Assembly: GCA_017527365.1 (NCBI GenBank)
Contig: JAFXQD010000090.1
Coordinates: forward strand, 1,568-65,567
DNA from: Oscillibacter sp.
GTDB lineage: Bacteria; Bacillota; Clostridia; Oscillospirales; Oscillospiraceae
Length of the DNA stretch: 64,000 nt
Direction of reading: 5' to 3'
Shown here piece after piece: positions 54,792 through 62,895 of this stretch (position 1 is the stretch's first letter; each line of letters opens with the position of its first letter). The notes under the pieces were generated by a model. That model did not search any database, was not told the DNA's origin, and saw nothing but the letters and a program-made list of their open reading frames with translations. The translations under genes were made by a program, and so were the position numbers.

Positions 54792-56051
54792 ATGGAGCGG
54801 CGCGATTTCTTTGTCAGCTATACCAACCGGGATAGGGTTTGGGCGCAGTGGGTTGCTAACGTCCTGCGCAATAATGGCTATACTGTGTATATGCAAGCGA
54901 CGGACATCAAGCCCGGAGACGATTTTCTGGAGAAGATGGAGGAATTTCTGGAGAACTCCGGGAATTTTATCGCGGTGTGGTCGGAAGGCTATTCCAAATC
55001 GAAATACTGCATGAACGAACTCCGCGCCGCGTATCATCAGTGGCACAACGGGCGTATGGAATGCCTTTTGCCTGTCCGAATTGAAAATCACCCTATGAAA
55101 GCACTATATGCCGCCTTGGTTCATGTGGATTTGTTTGACATTGATAAGGTAGCGGCAGGAAAGACGCTCATGGACGCTGTACGAGAGAAAGTTCCGCGCC
55201 TTGTCCCAGTACCAGACAATGAGCAAGAAGAGTATGCGAAGATGCTCTATCAGCGCGGAGAGGACTATTATCATGGCAGAAACGGTGTCCAACGGGATTA
55301 CGCCAAAGCGCGGGACTATTACGAACGGGCGGCGGTAAAGGGCAACGCAGACGCGTTATGTGGCTTAGGCGTTCTCTATGACAACGGAAACGGTGTCCAA
55401 CGGGATTACGCCAAAGCGCGGGACTATTACGAACGGGCGGCGGTAAAAGGCAATGCGAACGCACTATTTGAATTGGGCGTTCTCTATTACGGTGGAAATG
55501 GCGTCCAACAGGATTACGCCAAGGCACGGAACTACTGGGAAGAAGCGGCGGCGAAAGGCAAGACGATTGCGTTATATAGGCTGGGTCGGATATATCAAGA
55601 GGGGACAGGCGTGAGAGTGGACTACGCCAAGGCGCGGGACTATTATGAACAGGCGGTAGCGAATGGCGACACGCTCGCATTATATCACTTGGGTCAAATA
55701 TATTATTCTGGCAGAAACGGCGTCCAACAGGATTATGCTAAGTCGAGGGATTATTACGAACGAGCGGCGGAGGACGGTGACATGGCCGCACTATGTCATT
55801 TGGGCTATCTCTATCTCAGTGGCGCAGGCGGCGTGGATGTAGATTACGCTAAGGCGTGGAAATATTACAAATGGGCGGCGGATATGGGTCATGAGTTTGC
55901 AATTCATATGTTGGGGGAATTTTACGAAAACGGCTTAGGCGTAAGCATAGACTATGCCAAGGCACTCGGATATTATCAAGAAGCCTATGACGCCGGATAT
56001 GGAAACGCCCCCGCAGATATAGAGAGACTTCGCAAAAAACTGTATGGCTAA
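54792..56051 (+). CDS. TIR domain protein fused to seven Sel1-like repeats
   Basis: N-terminal ~135 aa: RDFFVSYTNRDRVWAQWVANVLRNNGYTVYMQATDIKPGDDF...NFIAVWSEGYSKSKYCMNELRAA, a bacterial TIR pattern including the conserved Glu. This is followed by 7 units of ~36 aa with the G.GV..DYAKA..YY..AA..G...A...LG..Y Sel1/SLR signature. Confidence 0.75.
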   Translation: MERRDFFVSYTNRDRVWAQWVANVLRNNGYTVYMQATDIKPGDDFLEKMEEFLENSGNFIAVWSEGYSKSKYCMNELRAAYHQWHNGRMECLLPVRIENHPMKALYAALVHVDLFDIDKVAAGKTLMDAVREKVPRLVPVPDNEQEEYAKMLYQRGEDYYHGRNGVQRDYAKARDYYERAAVKGNADALCGLGVLYDNGNGVQRDYAKARDYYERAAVKGNANALFELGVLYYGGNGVQQDYAKARNYWEEAAAKGKTIALYRLGRIYQEGTGVRVDYAKARDYYEQAVANGDTLALYHLGQIYYSGRNGVQQDYAKSRDYYERAAEDGDMAALCHLGYLYLSGAGGVDVDYAKAWKYYKWAADMGHEFAIHMLGEFYENGLGVSIDYAKALGYYQEAYDAGYGNAPADIERLRKKLYG

Positions 56052-56101
56052 TTTCATGTCCATGGCGGCTGTTTACAAACAGACATAGAGGAGGGGCGGG
56101 T

Positions 56102-57040
56102 ATGCTGTTACTGGACTTCATCAACGTGGGAAACGGCGACGCGATACTGATACGCGAGCCGGAGGCGGATTTCGCCATGCTTGCGGACTGCGGGCACTAC
56201 GCCTTGCAACGCGACGACCATCCCGCCGAACCCGACCCCCGGTCGCAACGCGTTTTCGCCGGGGACTTCCTCCGCGAAAACGGCGTGTCCCGTCTGGATT
56301 TGCTCCTGCTCACCCACTTCCACCGCGACCACGTCGGCGGGCTTTCCCGCGTCCTCGACGCCGCGTCCGTTGACAAGCTCGCCGCCACTTACGTCCCCCC
56401 CGACGGCTTCGGCGACCTGCGCCCCGACGACAACGACCTCAATCCCACCGCCCGCAACGTCCTGCGCTGTATGAACCTCTACGCTATGGCGCTCCGCAAT
56501 CATCCGGGGCGCGTCCGCGAGCTGGCAGAGCTCTCCGGGGCGCGCACGGAATGTTTTCAGTTGACCGGCGCGCTGTCCATGGAAGTCTACTGCGCGACCC
56601 CCGGCCTCTACCGCGACCAGAAGGAGGTTTTCGACGCCGCCTACCGGGGCGCCCGCGACCGCTACGCCCTCATGCGCTGGGGCAAGTTCATGAACGCAAG
56701 CAGTTTGCGCCAGAGGCTCCGCTACCACGGCGCGGAAATCGTGCTCGGCGGCGACATGTACGGCGCCCTCTGGGACAGGGACACTACCGCCCCCTGCGAC
56801 ATCCTCAAATTGCCCCACCACGGCTCCCTGTCCTCCGCCAACCGGAAATTCTTGTCGCAACTCCAACCGAAAACTGTGGTTGTGTCCGTGGCGGCGGGGC
56901 GCCCCGACGAGCGCCCCCACCCCTACATTGTGCGACTGCTCCGCGAGTTTACCGACGACATACGCTTTACCGACGCCGTAAGCATTCCGGGGCTTGTCGA
57001 GCCCGCTTACCACAAGTCCGTGCGTATCGAGATACCGTAA
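56102..57040 (+). CDS. MBL-fold metallo-hydrolase (ComEC C-terminal-domain-like)
   Basis: Motifs FINVGNGDAILI, LLLLTHFHRDHVGGL (HxHxDH) and ..LKLPHHGS.., as in ComEC/Rec2-related beta-lactamase-fold proteins. GGAGGGG SD. Confidence 0.7.
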   Translation: MLLLDFINVGNGDAILIREPEADFAMLADCGHYALQRDDHPAEPDPRSQRVFAGDFLRENGVSRLDLLLLTHFHRDHVGGLSRVLDAASVDKLAATYVPPDGFGDLRPDDNDLNPTARNVLRCMNLYAMALRNHPGRVRELAELSGARTECFQLTGALSMEVYCATPGLYRDQKEVFDAAYRGARDRYALMRWGKFMNASSLRQRLRYHGAEIVLGGDMYGALWDRDTTAPCDILKLPHHGSLSSANRKFLSQLQPKTVVVSVAAGRPDERPHPYIVRLLREFTDDIRFTDAVSIPGLVEPAYHKSVRIEIP

Positions 57041-57086
57041 AGCGCAAAACCGGACGGCACGCGCCGCCCGGTTCGCTTATGGAAGC

Positions 57087-57359
57087 CTACATCGCAAGGC
57101 ACGTAGTCAGGAGCCACGCCGCCCCCACGAACCCGCCCCCGATTCCCGCCGTTATCCACGGCAGGAAGCGGTTCCACAGGCTCTCCGCCCTGCGCTCCTC
57201 CGTGCAGTTCCGCGCCACGCGCCGCGCCTCCTGCACCAGCGCCCGCGCCGTCACGCCCTCCCGGAACGCGTCGTTGCGCACGATGAATATCGCCTGCTCG
57301 AAGAATTTCGGGTCGGGCGCGTCAATCACGACCACCTGTCTGGAAATGCCCTTTACCAT
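57087..57359 (-). CDS. hypothetical small protein with a C-terminal hydrophobic anchor
   Basis: 90 aa (MVKGISRQVVVIDAPDPKFFEQAIFIVRNDAF...WITAGIGGGFVGAAWLL). No recognised motif. Confidence 0.4.
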   Translation of the reverse strand: MVKGISRQVVVIDAPDPKFFEQAIFIVRNDAFREGVTARALVQEARRVARNCTEERRAESLWNRFLPWITAGIGGGFVGAAWLLTTCLAM

Positions 57360-57462
57360 GCCGTTCCGTCCTCCCGTTCCGCGGATTCCCCCCTATTATG
57401 CCCGGCGTCGCGGGGAATTATGCCTCCCGCGCCAATTTCTAACGCGCACGGAAAAATTTTTC

Positions 57463-57491
57463 TTGCATTTTGTCGGAATATGCGCTATAAT
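57463..57491 (+). promoter_or_regulatory. promoter of the GLUG-motif gene
   Basis: TTGCAT, a 17-nt spacer, then TATAAT. AAGGAGG SD at 57524-57530. Confidence 0.6.
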
Positions 57492-57537
57492 TTTACAACC
57501 TTGGATTAAGCTATTATTAAAACAAGGAGGCGGTAGA

Positions 57538-58657
57538 ATGAACGAGGCGAAAGCCGCGATAATCGCGGCACTTATTACTGCAATCGCAACTCTGTTGGCC
57601 ACCTTTATTACGGTGTATCAGCCGATGAAAGCGCGATTTGCCGCGTTGGAAAACAAACTTGCGGACAACGAGGAAGAGACTGGCGCGTATACAGCCTCTT
57701 CCAATACGCAAGCAGAGATTACCTTGCAGAACGCCGTTATTTTAGTTGTCTTAGCTTTAGCGATTTTTTATGGTTGCTTCTATCGACCGGTCAGGAAGGA
57801 ACTCACTGAATTGCAAAAGAAGCTCGCGGGCGAACTGCCAGCGCACGACCCCAAGGGGTGTAAGATTTCCTCTATTGATGAATTGTACAACAATATCATC
57901 ATGAATATGGCTGGTTCGTTTTATCTGAGCAACGATATTGACGTAGCGGCGGAGCAAGGGACATGGACACCTTTAGGGTGGCAGAACGACGGAGACCATA
58001 TCCCTTTTACAGGTACGCTTGACGGACAGGGGTACACGATTCGGGGGCTTAAGAATGCGAATGATTCCATGGGGCTGTTTCAAGTCCTTTCCGGAACGGT
58101 GAGAAACCTGCATGTTGACGTGAATTTCAGCGGCGGAAACGGCGGTGCGTTTGCTGTCTCCATGACAAACAACGGACTCATTGAATGCTGTGAAGCGTCT
58201 GGAAACATTCAAACAAACGTTGGATGTCTTATAGGCGGTTTTGTGGGGAGCCGATAAGGGAATTATTAAGAACTGCCTTTCACTCGTAAGCCTGAATGCG
58301 CCGCAACTGCTTAAGGGAGGAATCATCGGAAAGGCAACAGAAAGCAGTGTCATCCATTGCTTTTTTAAAGGCAAGTTCCTGCCGCTAAATTTAAACCATA
58401 GTTCGACGACATACGTTACACCCACTTCCGCTGTGATGGTGGGAAATAGCCTTAACTGTACGGTTGATGGCTGTCACTATTATTGTGGAGAAGATTTTCA
58501 TAGCGAGATTGGGGCAAATTTGCGGCGAGAAGGGATGTATAAGAACGAGAAATGGGATTGGACAGTATGGAAAATGGATGAGCAAAAGGAAGTCAATGAC
58601 GGTTTCCCGTATTTGCGTATCTTTAAGCGGGAATATGAAACGACGCCCGCTCAATAG
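57538..58657 (+). CDS. membrane-anchored GLUG-motif protein, frame broken at the GGGG run 58245-58248
   Basis: The first part ends ..VGCLIGGFVGSR* (58257). The +1 frame continues ..GADKGIIKNCLSLVSLNAPQLLKGGIIGKATESSVIHCFFKG... Removing one G gives GGFVGADKGIIKNC, which is a GLUG motif. Visibly low-GC codon usage. Confidence 0.6.
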
Positions 58658-58756
58658 GCAAACGCCCCCGCCGTTTCGGGCGGGGGATTTTTTTCTTTCC
58701 TTTTCCGGAAAACTGTGGTAAACTATGGGCACTACGCAGGAAAGGCGGCGGTTGGG

Positions 58757-60277
58757 ATGGGGGTAGTGACAGTGCGGTCGCTGGGCTTGCGGGGCATATC
58801 GGGCTATGAAGTGGGCGTGGAGTGCTACCTGTCGGGCGGGCTGCCGTCGTTTGACCTCGTGGGGCTGCCCGACGCCGCCGTGCGGGAGGCGCGGGAGCGC
58901 GTCCGCGCCGCCGTCAAGAACTGCGGCGCCCAGTTTCCCGTAAGCCGTATCACCGTGAATTTAGCCCCGGCGGGGGAGCGCAAGGCGGGCACGGTCTACG
59001 ACCTGCCGATACTCGTGGGGCTTCTGGCTTGCGGGAACGAAATCCCGCCGCCGCCCGACGACGCCGCGTTTATCGGCGAACTGTCGCTTACGGGCGCGGT
59101 GCGGCGGGTTTCGGGCGTGTTGCCCATGGCGCTGGCGGCGAAGGCGCGGGGCGTCCGGGAGCTGTACGTCCCGGCGGAGAACGCCGCCGAGGCGACGCTG
59201 GCGGGCGGGCTGACGGTGTACGGCATAGGGAACGCCCGGCAACTCGCCGACGCCCTGCGGGGGCGTTCGCGCCTGACGCCCGCGCCGCCGTGGGAGCCCC
59301 GCCCCGATACGACGCCCCTGCCCGACCTGCGCGACGTGATGGGGCAGGAGCAGGTGCGCCGCGCCTTGGAAATCGCGGCGGCGGGCGCGCACAATATTTT
59401 GCTGATAGGCAGTCCGGGCGCGGGGAAGTCCATGCTGGCGAAGCGCCTGCCGTCGATACTGCCCGACTTGACGCGCACGGAAGCCCTTGAAGCCACGGCG
59501 ATATGGTCTGTGGCTGGGCTGACCGACGCCGAACGCCCCATGCTTACGCGCCGCCCGTTCCGTAACCCCCACCATACCGCGTCCACGGCGGCGTTCGTGG
59601 GCGGCGGCGCGACGGTCAAGCCGGGGGAAATCTCCCTTGCCCACTGCGGCGTATTGTTCTTGGACGAGCTTCCGGAGTTCCGCCGCGACGCCCTCGAAGC
59701 CATGCGCCAGCCCTTGGAGGACGGCGAAGTGACGATAGCCCGCGCAAGCGGCACCGTGCGCCTGCCCGCCAGCTTCCAACTGGTCTGCGCCATGAACCCC
59801 TGCCCGTGCGGGTGGCGCGGGCACCCGTCGGGGCGTTGCCGCTGTACGGCGCGGGCGGTCGAGCGGTACGTGGAAAAAATCTCCGGCCCCCTGCTGGACA
59901 GAATCGACCTTCATGTAAGCGTCCCGTCGGTGGAGTACGAAGCCATGCGGCGGCGGGAGGCGGCGGAGGATTCCGCGAGCGTCAAGAAGCGCGTGGGCGC
60001 GGCGCGGGAACGCCAGCTCAAGCGTTTTGAGGGCGCGGGAATCGCGTCGAACGCACGGATTCCGCCGTCCGCGCTTGCGCAATACTGCCCGCTGGGCGCC
60101 GACGCCGAAATACTGATGGAAAACGCGTTCCGCACGATGGGGCTTACGGCGCGTTCGCACGACCGCATACTGCGCGTGGCGCGGACAATCGCCGACTTGG
60201 AGGGCGCGGAGAATATCGAGGCGGCGCACTTGGCCGAGGCGATACAGTACCGGAATACCGAACTGCTGAAAGGATAG
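58757..60277 (+). CDS. comM: YifB/ComM family Mg-chelatase-like AAA+ ATPase
   Basis: Lon-like N-terminal domain, Walker A LLIGSPGAGKSMLA, GVLFLDELPEF, a Cys cluster and a C-terminal ..RSHDRILRVARTIADLEG.. region. Confidence 0.9.
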   Translation: MGVVTVRSLGLRGISGYEVGVECYLSGGLPSFDLVGLPDAAVREARERVRAAVKNCGAQFPVSRITVNLAPAGERKAGTVYDLPILVGLLACGNEIPPPPDDAAFIGELSLTGAVRRVSGVLPMALAAKARGVRELYVPAENAAEATLAGGLTVYGIGNARQLADALRGRSRLTPAPPWEPRPDTTPLPDLRDVMGQEQVRRALEIAAAGAHNILLIGSPGAGKSMLAKRLPSILPDLTRTEALEATAIWSVAGLTDAERPMLTRRPFRNPHHTASTAAFVGGGATVKPGEISLAHCGVLFLDELPEFRRDALEAMRQPLEDGEVTIARASGTVRLPASFQLVCAMNPCPCGWRGHPSGRCRCTARAVERYVEKISGPLLDRIDLHVSVPSVEYEAMRRREAAEDSASVKKRVGAARERQLKRFEGAGIASNARIPPSALAQYCPLGADAEILMENAFRTMGLTARSHDRILRVARTIADLEGAENIEAAHLAEAIQYRNTELLKG

Positions 60278-60280
60278 CGG

Positions 60281-60416
60281 GAAACCCCCTCTGTCACTGC
60301 GCGGCATCTCCCCCATAGGGGGAGACGCAAAGACGAAAACGCTATCAAAAGTTCGTTCCCCCGCCCTTTTGGGAAGGGGGACAGGGGGAAGGGTTTCCCT
60401 AAGTTAATGACATTGG
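60281..60416 (+). repeat. structured intergenic repeat, copy 5 (core plus right outer terminus)
   Basis: Starts 4 nt after the comM stop. Ends with ..GACAGGGGGAAGGGTTTCCCTAAGTTAATGACATTGG, matching the right end of copy 1. Confidence 0.85.
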
Positions 60417-60484
60417 CTTGAGCGCCGCGCCGCAGGGTCGGGCGCGGGGACTGCGCCCGCGAAGAAAAGGAAGTTCGAGCAAAC

Positions 60485-61294
60485 ATGACGGAAGAAAGAC
60501 GAACGAAACCGGGGCGCTGTATCCTGTGCGGGACGGAAGCCGCGTCCTTTGGCAGTCGGACGGTCGCGGAAGGCTGGCTGTGCGGCGGCTGTATTGAAAA
60601 AATGTCGCCGTGGTATCGGCTCCGTCAAGACGCCGCGCCGGAAGAACTCCGCGCTCATCTGGCTTACCGGGAGGAGAACAGGGCGCGCCTGCCCGATTTC
60701 CGCCCCGGCGTGCGGCTGTGGAGAAATCCGACGCTGTATCTGGACGACGCCCGCCGACAGTTTGCGGTGTCGGACGCCCTGACGAAAGATTTCCCGACGG
60801 AAAATCCGGATATTCTGGAATACGGTCAAATTTTGCAATGCGACGCGGAGATTGAGGAACGCAAAACCGAATTGAAACGATTTTCGCCCGGTTTGGGGCG
60901 GATTAGCTATCGCCCCAAGCGCTATCAGTACCGTTTTCATGTCTGGGTTCGGATATTGGTAGACCACCCGTTTTTCCGCGAAATGCGCTTCCGGCTGAAT
61001 CCAAGGCCGCTTGAGGTGAGCGGCCTTGACGTGGCGGCTTCCGTGCTGGGAAAGGTCGTGAAAGACCGGGACTATCAGTCGTGCGCGCAAACGGCGGAGA
61101 AAATGCGGGAAGCCCTGCTCAAAGCGCGGGACGCGGTTCCAAACGGCGGAGAAAATGCGGGAAGCCCTGCTCAAAGCGCGGGACGCGGTTCTGAAAGAAC
61201 TGGCGGACGAGGAAACTTGCGCGGCGGAAGCGGAGCAAGGGCGGGAATAACGATAGAAAACGTTTCAGCCGGGAATCGAAAGATTCTCGGCTGA
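60485..61294 (+). CDS. zinc-ribbon (DUF4428-like) protein whose C-terminus is altered by an internal 52-bp tandem duplication
   Basis: N-terminal CILCG..17 aa..CGGC zinc ribbon. The family assignment is from memory of DUF4428-type N-termini. See the repeat feature at 61088-61191. Confidence 0.5.
   Translation: MTEERRTKPGRCILCGTEAASFGSRTVAEGWLCGGCIEKMSPWYRLRQDAAPEELRAHLAYREENRARLPDFRPGVRLWRNPTLYLDDARRQFAVSDALTKDFPTENPDILEYGQILQCDAEIEERKTELKRFSPGLGRISYRPKRYQYRFHVWVRILVDHPFFREMRFRLNPRPLEVSGLDVAASVLGKVVKDRDYQSCAQTAEKMREALLKARDAVPNGGENAGSPAQSAGRGSERTGGRGNLRGGSGARAGITIENVSAGNRKILG
61088..61191 (+). repeat. perfect 52-bp tandem duplication inside a CDS
   Basis: CAAACGGCGGAGAAAATGCGGGAAGCCCTGCTCAAAGCGCGGGACGCGGTTC occurs twice back to back (61088-61139 and 61140-61191). 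Confidence 0.95.
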
Positions 61295-61306
61295 AATTCT
61301 TATTTT
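61263..61306. terminator. bidirectional intrinsic terminator between convergent genes
   Basis: 15-bp stem TTTCAGCCGGGAATC/GATTCTCGGCTGAAA (one G-U pair) with loop GAAA. T-runs lie on both sides (TTCTTATTTTT downstream; CGTTTTC on the other strand). Confidence 0.65.
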
Positions 61307-61377
61307 TCAGAACGTTTTGCGGACGGCAGCGCGTCGGAACAAACCAGCGCGGGCGCCTTCCGCTTGCGCAAGCCGCG

Positions 61378-62874
61378 CTACGCCATAAAGCAGGCCATGC
61401 TTACGGAGTCCTCGCCGTCCTCCGACTGGAACTGGGTGTAGTCCGCGTGGGCAAAAATGAACTCCGCCGCGTTTTCCGCCGTCATGTCGTCCGTGTTTTC
61501 CAGCGGGTTGCGCCCGCCCATGTCCGCCGACATGCGGATATTCACGCTGTCCCCGTTCGGCGCGACCGCGCACTCCGTGCGGATAAGCCCGTTGCTGTAG
61601 CGACAGCACAGGGCGAACAGCTCCTCCGTCATCACCGACAGGCGGGTGTAGTTGCGCCCCCGCACCCCGTTTTCCTCGCACTGCTTCCGCAGGAACTCCG
61701 TCAGTTGCGGCACGGATTCCGGGGCGCTTGGCAGGTCGCAACTTGGAAGGTCGGTTCTGCTCCGCAGGTACTCCAACAACACGGCGGCAAATCCGGGCAG
61801 GGGGGATTGCGGGCCGACCCACGAGGCGGCGGCGTCAACGATACGGCGCAGGATTTCCGAAGGCTCGCCGCCGCGTTTCGCGCTCCGGTTCAAAGCCGTG
61901 CGCAAGCCTTGCTCGCCAAACGAAACGCCCGCCGCATTTTTCGCCCCGCCCAAGCCAGATGTCTCAAAAAACAGGCGGTCGCCCTGCCTGAGCCGCACTT
62001 CCACCGTGCGGTAGGAAACCTGTTGAATCAGCCCCATTGGCTCGTAGGCGGGGTATTCCAGAAGCGAGTACCGCCCTTGATTGCGCCGCATGACCATAGT
62101 CTGAGGGGCGCCCGCGTTGACGTAGACAAACCGCCCGCTCTTCAAGTCCAGCGTCCCGACAAGGGCCCGCAAGCTCCGCCGCCCGCCCAAGTCGAACAAC
62201 TGCGCGTTGGCACTGTTGACCGCCGCCTCCAAAGAATTGTCCGAGCGCAGACAGTTTCGGAGTATAGTTTGGGCGGACGTGAGGAAAAGCGCGTCGGCGA
62301 TTTCCTCTCCGGGGACTTCGCAGAGCATGAGGCACAAGAGCTCCGGTTGCAAAAAGAAATAGTCGTAGAGGCAACAGGCCGAACGCCCCGGAGATTCCAG
62401 CGCGCCGGAGACGGCGAAAGCGGGCGCCCCGTCCGGCTGCGCCGGAATGCGCGGAAGCGCGGAGCGACAAATATCCGCCAGCAGTCCGGAGCGGATATGG
62501 GTTTCCGTGCGTTCCGTGTCGGTTCTTTGCAGGGCGGCGGCGCGCCTGTCCAACTCCTCCATGCGCCCCTCGACGGATTTCGCCACGCCGCCAATCATGC
62601 CCGGCAACGCCAGCGCCTCCGCCACCGGGTCTTCCATTTCCGTCCAATGTTCCGTAAGCCTCGCCAGTTTTTGCAAGGGGCTGTAGACGTTCTTCCACAT
62701 GTACCAGAAGCCGAAAATCAAATAGCACGCCGTCAGAAGCATGACGCCAATCAATATGACGGGCGTAATCGCCCGCTGTCCCGTCGCGTAATCCAGCACA
62801 ATGCCCAGAATGGAAACCGCAATCAGGATTTGGAACAGGAGATAGAGCGCGAGGCTCATATTATCTTCTTTCAT
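61378..62874 (-). CDS. membrane protein with a degenerate SpoIIE/PP2C-like domain and a degenerate RsbW/SpoIIAB-like (GHKL) C-terminal domain
   Basis: Two or three N-terminal TM helices and a coiled-coil linker. The central region aligns by eye to the SpoIIE phosphatase domain (..YDYFFL..LCLMLCEVPGEEIADALFLTS..FVYVNAGAP..GDRLFFETSGL..), but most metal-binding Asp positions are substituted. The C-terminal ~120 aa resemble anti-sigma factor kinases. Confidence 0.5.
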   Translation of the reverse strand: MKEDNMSLALYLLFQILIAVSILGIVLDYATGQRAITPVILIGVMLLTACYLIFGFWYMWKNVYSPLQKLARLTEHWTEMEDPVAEALALPGMIGGVAKSVEGRMEELDRRAAALQRTDTERTETHIRSGLLADICRSALPRIPAQPDGAPAFAVSGALESPGRSACCLYDYFFLQPELLCLMLCEVPGEEIADALFLTSAQTILRNCLRSDNSLEAAVNSANAQLFDLGGRRSLRALVGTLDLKSGRFVYVNAGAPQTMVMRRNQGRYSLLEYPAYEPMGLIQQVSYRTVEVRLRQGDRLFFETSGLGGAKNAAGVSFGEQGLRTALNRSAKRGGEPSEILRRIVDAAASWVGPQSPLPGFAAVLLEYLRSRTDLPSCDLPSAPESVPQLTEFLRKQCEENGVRGRNYTRLSVMTEELFALCCRYSNGLIRTECAVAPNGDSVNIRMSADMGGRNPLENTDDMTAENAAEFIFAHADYTQFQSEDGEDSVSMACFMA

Positions 62875-62895
62875 AGCCTTCCTCCCGTCGGATTG

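Noticed and set aside
52115-54793. 892-aa minus-strand ORF
   Set aside because: It is fully antisense to the well-supported secreted beta-helix gene (SD, signal peptide, family-typical repeats). Its product is His/Gly/Arg/Ala-rich nonsense, typical of shadow ORFs in high-GC DNA.
56551-58257. 568-aa plus-strand ORF
   Set aside because: It is a composite. Its 5' two-thirds overlap the MBL gene and the minus-strand small gene in a noise-like Arg/Pro-rich frame. Only the part from the SD-linked ATG at 57538 is credible.
34113-60416. The five conserved repeats as a CRISPR array
   Set aside because: Copies are kilobases apart and separated by housekeeping genes. They are 110-156 bp long with complex internal structure, and no cas genes are present.
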